From a virus (lineage: Duplodnaviria; Caudoviricetes), in the IMG/VR virus record IMGVR_UViG_3300019487_000029, positions 1,621 through 65,620 of that record: a stretch of 64,000 nucleotides of DNA. One strand, 5' to 3'. The translations under genes and the position numbers were made by a program. The notes below the pieces were generated by a model that ran no database searches, was not told where the DNA came from, and saw only the letters and a program-made list of their open reading frames with translations. This document shows positions 58,138-64,000 of this stretch, one piece after another (the stretch's first letter is position 1; every line of letters begins with the position of its first letter).

Positions 58138-58353
58138 ATGAAATTCATCTGCGATACCAAACGACATCTTGTGTGTGAGCCATATTCGCTTGACAATTTG
58201 CACAAGATGGCGGATACTCTTGGAATCAAAAAATGTTGGTTTCACAAGGATCATTACGACATTCCTAAGAAACGGATTGTCGAAATCACCGCAAAATGCG
58301 AAGTAGTTTCAAGCAAAGAGATTGTGAAACTAATCAAAACCGGAAATAGCTGA
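58138..58353 (+). CDS. DUF4031-like protein
   Basis: LHKMADTLGIKKCWF..HYDI. Confidence 0.7.
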   Translation: MKFICDTKRHLVCEPYSLDNLHKMADTLGIKKCWFHKDHYDIPKKRIVEITAKCEVVSSKEIVKLIKTGNS

Positions 58354-58414
58354 GATAGATTAGCGTTAGTCTGAAAAACTAAAGAGGTCGGAGCGTTACC
58401 GACATTCCGGGCCA
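58340..58414 (+). tRNA. tRNA-Phe (GAA)
   Basis: Loop CTGAAAA. Confidence 0.75.
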
Positions 58415-58603
58415 ATTTATGGAAGATGAAAAGCCACATGTAGAGCTTACTCCTGAAGAGGAACTTTACTATGCAAATCACGCATTGATTGATCTGTGTG
58501 ATGACTGTGGAGATTTCACTCCTATTCACAACAATCGTGACGGAAGCAATTACTTGACGTGGGTCAATGGAAAGCTTATCTGTCAAGCTTGTTTGAAATG
58601 ATT

Positions 58604-58727
58604 AAGATGCGGACAGCGAACCAAATGCTATGAAGAACCCTGTGTCGGTGTGTTCGAATCCACCCTCCACGACCAATACCGTGGGGTAGCTCAGTGGTAG
58701 AGCAGGGGTATGCAAAAAACGCATCTT
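58604..58727 (+). ncRNA. Circularly permuted tRNA-Phe-like RNA in a closing stem (YrlA/Y-RNA-like)
   Basis: 3' tRNA half with ACCA precedes the 5' half; AAGATGCG/CGCATCTT. Confidence 0.8.
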
Positions 58728-58733
58728 GTTTTT

Positions 58734-58853
58734 GTGTTGATAAATATAGGAACTAAATGCGGTTCGATTCCGCTTAATCTCTGGAGAGCGTGTGGGTGCG
58801 ACTCCCACTTTAAGGAAAAGCATCCGGCGTGGTTCAAATCCATGTATTAACAC
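58734..58853 (+). ncRNA. RNA with three T-arm hairpins
   Basis: GCGG-TTCGATT-CCGC, GTGGG-TGCGACT-CCCAC, CGTGG-TTCAAAT-CCATG in a closing stem. Confidence 0.65.
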
Positions 58854-58859
58854 GTTTAT

Positions 58860-58934
58860 GGCCCTGTCGTCTAAGAGAAGGACATATGCCTCTCAAGCAT
58901 AAGGTCGTGAGTGCGACGCTCCGCAGGGCTACCA
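58860..58934 (+). tRNA. tRNA-Glu (CTC)
   Basis: Loop CTCTCAA; paralog of 54149. Confidence 0.85.
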
Positions 58935-58942
58935 ATTTCAGT

Positions 58943-59028
58943 GCCGAAGTGCCTCAGTGGACGACAGGATTAGTTTTGTAAACTAACGGAGAAATCCCTC
59001 GTGGGTTCGAATCCCACCTTCGGCTCCA
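58943..59028 (+). tRNA. tRNA-Thr (TGT) with long variable arm
   Basis: TTAGT-TTTGTAA-ACTAA. Confidence 0.8.
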
Positions 59029-59031
59029 ATT

Positions 59032-59163
59032 TAGATACGGACAGCAAGAAAAACTCTTATGTCAAACCGCTAATGTGGGTGAAAATCCCGCCTGAGCCGC
59101 CAGATGGCTCGGTCGTCTAATTTAGGACAGCGGTCCCGAAAGGGAAGAAAAAAACCGTATCTA
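59032..59163 (+). ncRNA. Circularly permuted tRNA-Asp-like RNA in a closing stem (YrlA/Y-RNA-like)
   Basis: 3' half ending GCCA precedes the 5' half; TAGATACGG/CCGTATCTA. Confidence 0.8.
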
Positions 59164-59170
59164 GTTTTTT

Positions 59171-59247
59171 GCAGTCGAAGCTACAGTGGACCGGCACCCG
59201 GCTCTTACCCGGATATGGTTGGGTTTCAACTACCCACGGCTGCACCA
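59171..59247 (+). tRNA. tRNA-Lys (CTT)
   Basis: Loop CTCTTAC. Confidence 0.7.
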
Positions 59248-59254
59248 ATTTAAT

Positions 59255-59376
59255 GCCACTTATGCATACGGGTGCGATCCCCGTACGGTCCACCAAACGG
59301 GCTGTCCTAGCGGAACAAATAGCTACAGCAACGGGTTTAGCTGACCTAGACGGTGCGATTCCGTCAAGTGGCTCCA
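59255..59376 (+). ncRNA. Double-headed tRNA mimic
   Basis: Outer acceptor plus T arm plus CCA; inner T arm plus closed acceptor with ACCA. Confidence 0.6.
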
Positions 59377-59379
59377 ATT

Positions 59380-59485
59380 TAGGTGCCCGTTTCTACAGCA
59401 AATCCCAAAAGGAAAAGTAATCCACTTGTAATGGAAAACCAGTTGGGTTCAAACCCCGACACCCTCGGAAGAGGTTGGGCATCTA
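59380..59485 (+). ncRNA. ACAGCAA-stem RNA holding an anticodon arm (TGT) and a T arm
   Basis: TAGGTGCCC/GGGCATCTA; TCCA-CTTGTAA-TGGA. Confidence 0.6.
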
Positions 59486-59495
59486 GTTTTCATAT

Positions 59496-59629
59496 GGGCG
59501 TGTGGCGGAATAGCAGACGCACCGAGTTGAGTTCGGCGTTGAGTAAGTTGACATATTGGATGTGACGACCACTTTGATGATATGTCTAGTCTCAACATTA
59601 CAGGTGTCAAATCCTGTCGTAGCCCACCA
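59496..59629 (+). tRNA. Leu-type tRNA-like RNA, shortened anticodon loop, huge V-arm
   Basis: GGCGGAATAGCAGACGC D arm; CCA. Confidence 0.55.
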
Positions 59630-59633
59630 TTTT

Positions 59634-59710
59634 GCTGCCTTAGACCAATGGAAGGAGTCGTTCCCCTGAGAAGGGAAAATGTATCGGTTCGAATCCGATA
59701 GGCAGCACCA
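59634..59710 (+). tRNA. tRNA with Leu anticodon (GAG) but short variable arm
   Basis: TTCCC-CTGAGAA-GGGAA. Confidence 0.8.
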
Positions 59711-59769
59711 ATTTATGGAAGACGTGTAAGATTCGTATGTTTTCACGTCTTCCATTACTATGTATGTTC

Positions 59770-60276
59770 ATGCGAACTGATGGAAAAATCTATAAGGACA
59801 TTGACAATTTCAAGAAAATTGTATCGGAATCTTTTAGTATTCGAGATGTTTACACAAAACTCGGCTACAAAGAATCGGGTGGTATTTACAAATATATCCG
59901 AATTGCAATACAAAAACTTGAACTAGACACGTCACACTTTACAGGATCATTGTGGAGTAAAGGTAAGACGGCAAAATCAGATGATCGAGTGGCAGCGGCA
60001 GCAAAGCGTCAACGACTTCCATTCACTCTCATATTTTGTAAAGATTCCACATATCGTGGACACAATCAAAATCTTTTGAAACGTCTAGTAAATGAAGGAT
60101 TGAAAACGTATCATTGTGAAGAATGTGGTATTTCTGAATGGCAATCAAAACCACTTACATTACATCTTGACCATATTGATGGTGATAATGTGAACAATTC
60201 ACTTGACAATTTGAGGATATTATGTCCAAATTGTCACACTCAAACTCCAACATTTTCGATTGGATTGAGAAAATAA
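59770..60276 (+). CDS. HNH endonuclease
   Basis: LDHIDGDNVNNSLDNLRILCPNCHTQT. Confidence 0.9.
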   Translation: MRTDGKIYKDIDNFKKIVSESFSIRDVYTKLGYKESGGIYKYIRIAIQKLELDTSHFTGSLWSKGKTAKSDDRVAAAAKRQRLPFTLIFCKDSTYRGHNQNLLKRLVNEGLKTYHCEECGISEWQSKPLTLHLDHIDGDNVNNSLDNLRILCPNCHTQTPTFSIGLRK

Positions 60277-60281
60277 TTTAA

Positions 60282-60430
60282 CGCACTGTAGTTGGTCGTA
60301 GGGCTGAGGCGTACCTCAGAGGTATCGACAAGTAATCAACGCCATGATTCGGGGTCACGCCCGATGAGGATCAGAAATGATTCGCAGACGGGTGTGGAGA
60401 AGGTAGGTGAAAATCCTATTGGTGCGACCG
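60282..60430 (+). tRNA. tRNA-Pro (CGG)-like with two hairpin insertions
   Basis: CGCACTG/TGGTGCG, loop TTCGGGG, T arm GTAGG/CCTAT. Confidence 0.55.
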
Positions 60431-61034
60431 ATTTCAATAATCCATTGTGTAATTTGCGGTGGCAATTAGAACATACGACAATACATTTTTCAATTTCCGA
60501 TTGAACATCTTCAAGGGTATATTGTTTTTGCTTTGTCATGTTACCTATGGTATCAATTTTGTCTTTCAAATGATGAAAGTCAAGACACGCATAGTAGTTC
60601 TCCGAACAAAAATGACATCCACGTTCACATTTTATTTTGTATGCTAATTTGAATTTAAGCATACGATTTTGGGAAGGTTTATTACAATGTATTTTCCTAT
60701 GGCAATTAGAACAGACAATTTTACATTTAGAAATTTCAGATTGTAGTTTTTCAGTGGAAACAGCATTAGACACCAATCGAGCAATAAGGGCATCTTTATC
60801 TCGCAGATGATGGAACTCCAAACAACATGTAGCAGTTTCTCCACATGAACATGCCGAATTATATTTGATTTCTTGGATAAGTTCACGTAGTTTGGTTTTT
60901 TGAGTGTCTTTACATTTTTTCTTGTAACTGCGAACTTTTTCCTTGTTTTCTTTTTGCCATTGTGATATGTTCTCTTTCAGAGATACCTTGTTTTTTTGAT
61001 AATAATCTTTGAAATAAGCCTGTTTTTCAGTCAT
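60336..61034 (-). CDS. Tandem double-HNH endonuclease
   Basis: Two FHH..KC.(I/V)VCSNCHRK.H units. Confidence 0.85.
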   Translation of the reverse strand: MTEKQAYFKDYYQKNKVSLKENISQWQKENKEKVRSYKKKCKDTQKTKLRELIQEIKYNSACSCGETATCCLEFHHLRDKDALIARLVSNAVSTEKLQSEISKCKIVCSNCHRKIHCNKPSQNRMLKFKLAYKIKCERGCHFCSENYYACLDFHHLKDKIDTIGNMTKQKQYTLEDVQSEIEKCIVVCSNCHRKLHNGLLKSVAPIGFSPTFSTPVCESFLILIGRDPESWR

Positions 61035-61052
61035 ATATTAAAATCTCCTACA

Positions 61053-61613
61053 ATGAATACATCAATAAATAGTTTCAATGTGCATGATAATCTCAAAAAT
61101 CTCACGGAAAATGAGATACAAAAACATTACGCTAAACATAGTTGTTCAGCAGCGGTTGGTGGTATGCACATTCAAGGGGATTTCAATTTGGGCAACGTAA
61201 TTCGTTCAGCAAACTTTTTCGGCTTCAAGGAAGTCTTCTATGTCGGTGGAAAGAAGAGCTATGACCGCCGTAGTACTGTGGGAACGCATCACTACATTCC
61301 AGTTAATTTCCTTCGTACCGAAGAAGAGTTTCTGGCTTCTATCAAGGATAAGTATTCTTTGGTGTGTGTTGAAAACAACACCCCAAAGTATTCGTGGAAG
61401 ACGATTTCACTCTATGACAAGGATGCGTTTGGTGAACTCATTTTACCACCACTCTTTTTGTTTGGAGAAGAACAGCTTGGAATTCCAGAATCAATGTTGG
61501 ATGCGTGTGGATACGTCCTCACCATTCCCCCGTTTGGTTCTGTACGATCCATGAACGTAGGTTCATGTGCATCAATCATCATGGCAATGTATCGCCAGTC
61601 AATCAGCGTATAG
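61053..61613 (+). CDS. SpoU/TrmH-family RNA 2'-O-methyltransferase
   Basis: NLGNVIRSA; LFGEEQLGI; IP.FGSVRSMNV. Confidence 0.9.
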   Translation: MNTSINSFNVHDNLKNLTENEIQKHYAKHSCSAAVGGMHIQGDFNLGNVIRSANFFGFKEVFYVGGKKSYDRRSTVGTHHYIPVNFLRTEEEFLASIKDKYSLVCVENNTPKYSWKTISLYDKDAFGELILPPLFLFGEEQLGIPESMLDACGYVLTIPPFGSVRSMNVGSCASIIMAMYRQSISV

Positions 61614-61681
61614 GATAGCTTGGTTATTCCGCAAGTCTGGGGGACTTGAGATCGGGAGTTCAAATCTCCCTACGCTGACCA
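61604..61681 (+). tRNA. tRNA-Pro (GGG)
   Basis: Loop CTGGGGG. Confidence 0.88.
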
Positions 61682-61685
61682 ATTT

Positions 61686-61887
61686 GGAATAGGAACGTCA
61701 GAGATAGACATCCCGTCGATAGTTTATGTGGTAAAACGTCGCTTTCACAGCGAAGAAGCGGTATTCAAGCTCCGCAAGACCTTGTGTGGATGGAACTCAA
61801 AGTCGCAGACGTGCGACCCCGTGGAATCCTCTGATGGAGATAGACGGTAATGCTAGTATGTGGGTTCGAATCCCACCTTCCCCACCA
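61686..61887 (+). ncRNA. Composite tRNA-like RNA (internal Glu-TTC-like cloverleaf; terminal T arm plus CCA)
   Basis: Loop CTTTCAC inside; GTGGGTTCGAATCCCAC..ACCA end. Confidence 0.45.
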
Positions 61888-61998
61888 TTTACGGGGAAGT
61901 CAGCATAAATGGCTAATGCTCGGCACGCTGGAACACGATTGAAATCCTCCCCTACTCTATTTTCTTGACAAAATGGAAATCCAAGGTAGAATGGAGTA

Positions 61999-62862
61999 AT
62001 GTCCGTACAAGTCTTGAATTCTCAAATTGACCGCTCGGTGAACTTCGTTGAAGAACAACTGGTCGGCTTCCTTGAATCTCGGTTCGTTCGTAAGTGCGAC
62101 GAGTATTTCATTGCATATCTCTCTTCTCAAACCGGCTGCAATCGTGGTTGTGAATTCTGCCATCTTACGGCAACAGGACAAACGTCCTTCGTGGATTCAA
62201 GTCACAATGATTTCATGGCTCAAGCCATTCAAGTCTTCAAGCATTATCGCAAGCAAAGTAAGCCTGCGAAGTATATGCATTACAATTTCATGGCTCGTGG
62301 AGAGGCTTTAGCAAACAAAATCATTTTGGATTCCGGTGACGAACTTCTTTTGAAGCTCGGTCAAGTTGCCAAAGATGAAGGATTACCCGCCAAGTTCAAT
62401 GTCTCCACCATCATGCCGATGACTTTGAACAAGCCGTTGAGCCAAGTTTTCAACTATGTCAGTCCGACGATTTACTATTCGCTTTACTCCACCAGTGCAG
62501 AATGGAGAAAGAAATGGATGCCTTCGGCAATGAATCCATACAAGGCATTGGAAATATTGAAAGAGTATCAAGACTTCTCCAAGAAAATCGTCAAGATACA
62601 TTTTCCGTTCATTGCGGGCGAAAACGACTCCGAAGAGGACATTATTAGCATCTGTGACGGCATTGATCGTTTCGGACTTCTATGTGAATTCAACTTGGTC
62701 CGCTACAATCCTGCCTCGCCAAATCAAGGTGTGGAGAGTTCCGAGGAAGTGATTACAAGAAACATTCGGCTCATTCAAGCCCGATTTTTGTTCAACACGA
62801 AGGTTCAGGTCATTCCTCGTGTTGGATTTGATGTCAAAGCATCGTGTGGAATGTTTGTCTGA
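61999..62862 (+). CDS. RlmN/Cfr-like radical SAM RNA methyltransferase
   Basis: SSQTGCNRGCEFC, FMARGEAL, ASCG. Confidence 0.85.
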   Translation: MSVQVLNSQIDRSVNFVEEQLVGFLESRFVRKCDEYFIAYLSSQTGCNRGCEFCHLTATGQTSFVDSSHNDFMAQAIQVFKHYRKQSKPAKYMHYNFMARGEALANKIILDSGDELLLKLGQVAKDEGLPAKFNVSTIMPMTLNKPLSQVFNYVSPTIYYSLYSTSAEWRKKWMPSAMNPYKALEILKEYQDFSKKIVKIHFPFIAGENDSEEDIISICDGIDRFGLLCEFNLVRYNPASPNQGVESSEEVITRNIRLIQARFLFNTKVQVIPRVGFDVKASCGMFV

Positions 62863-62902
62863 TTCCACTTGACATTTTTTAAGCATCGTGTATAGTTGGT
62901 CA

Positions 62903-63169
62903 ATGATCAAGCGATACACCTTGGAAGACAAGCCAACGTTCAAAGATGGCGATGTCGTGATAGTTGACATGTCCGTGTTGGGTTCTGATCTCGGCGTAGT
63001 TTCGGGGGAAATCGTCGGGAAAGCATCGGAACATATCGTTGACATGTGGTTGGTGAAGTTCCAAACAGATTTTGGTCCCACCTATCCATTCAAAGTCGTT
63101 CCAGTAATTCATACTGCACTGGTTAAGACGTTGACAACCAAGGAAATGATTGATGCATTGAGGCAGTGA
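62903..63169 (+). CDS. Hypothetical protein
   Basis: After TTGACA at 62869. Confidence 0.6.
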   Translation: MIKRYTLEDKPTFKDGDVVIVDMSVLGSDLGVVSGEIVGKASEHIVDMWLVKFQTDFGPTYPFKVVPVIHTALVKTLTTKEMIDALRQ

Positions 63170-63972
63170 GATTTATCCAAGACGCCTACGGACGCTGAAC
63201 CAAGGGCTTAAACTCCTATCCCCTGTGGAGTCGCCGCTTACGAAATTCTTGGCTCATGGCGTTTAGCAAAGCACTCTAATTTATGAAAATCAGAACTCAT
63301 TTTGTGTCGGGAAAGAAGCAAAAGGTTGCTTGTGGTAAGAAGGGTGTGTTCGTGACAACGAACTTCCGAGAAATTACTTGCAAGGCTTGTCTCAAGACCC
63401 ATCAACACAAAAACGTGGCAGCAACGCCCGTCGTTGCATGAAGCGGCGTACGGCTAAAGACCGAGCCATTGTGAAAGATTTTGTTGCTGTACTGAAAAAG
63501 TATAAACATCTCGGTCCACTTAAACTGGCGGCACTTGCTCGCTATGCTTATGAAACTACACTTAACATTTCAACCCGCTGATTTCGAGTCAATGCGTGCT
63601 TTTGATAAAGCCGTGAAGCGACAGCTTGGTCCGAATGTTTATGTGGGAACCGATTCACTTTGTTTCTACTTTGATTTTCCAAACGAACTTCGGGCGATGC
63701 TAAGACCGCATCCTGCACAAGTTCAACTTGAATTTGACCTTGAGTCGTCGTTGCCCGACGCCAAGCGATAAAGATTCCTCACGGGTGAAAGTTGTCTATA
63801 CACTGTGAGGCTGACAACAACACACGTAATCGTGTTGCAATGGTGGATTAAGACTAGGATTCCCGAAAGGCTCCACTCCGTATCGGGTGAATAGTGGGCT
63901 ATACAAATAGCTCGGTAAGAGATAAATACCTTTTCGCCGGTCCTCCCCACTCAGGACTGGCGATTCTTCAAT

Positions 63973-64000
63973 GCGTCGGTAGCTCAGTTGGTAGAGCAGG
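63973..64000 (+). tRNA. Partial tRNA (5' end)
   Basis: GCGTCGGTAGCTCAGTTGGTAGAGC. Confidence 0.75.

Noticed and set aside
52075-60504. Many 60-170 aa ORFs in the track across the tRNA array
   Set aside because: They are sense or antisense read-throughs of tRNA genes with no protein motifs.
46900-64000. Stop-codon suppressor tRNAs or an alternative genetic code
   Set aside because: No CTA, TTA or TCA anticodon found (anticodons TAG and TAA are Leu); long ORFs are intact in code 11.

Overview
This window looks like part of a large ('huge'/jumbo-type) dsDNA phage genome in genetic code 11. The host is probably Verrucomicrobiota/PVC, inferred from a prepilin/H-X9-DG gene and TN-repeat secreted proteins. 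(1) At about 0.7-1.7 kb there is a GC-skew inversion with a 10-bp tandem repeat, a candidate origin. (2) 1.7-21.3 kb is an 'early-type' region of small genes with consensus sigma70 promoters and intrinsic terminators. It is partitioned by 11 copies of a 22-bp palindrome (GTAAkTAyAG-NN-CTGTAATTAG) and carries about 30 copies of TCACCGA, almost all on the + strand. Both signals stop just before a hairpin- and G/C-run-rich possible terminus or pac site at about 21.2-21.5 kb. (3) 21.5-46.8 kb holds accessory genes, a tmRNA, two giant repeat proteins joinable by a -1 frameshift, and enzymes (DraG-like, ATP-grasp, Fcl, HD hydrolase, MoaD-like, protease). (4) 46.9-64 kb is an array of about 40 tRNA and tRNA-like genes interleaved with HNH genes, SpoU and RlmN-like genes and many unusual RNAs. 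These include circularly permuted tRNA-Phe and tRNA-Asp inside Y-RNA-like closing stems, multi-T-arm RNAs, tRNAs with large insertions, and a leader-peptide attenuator. About 21 free-standing HNH/GIY-YIG-type endonuclease genes are present. All calls and counts were made by eye; no searches or folding programs were run.
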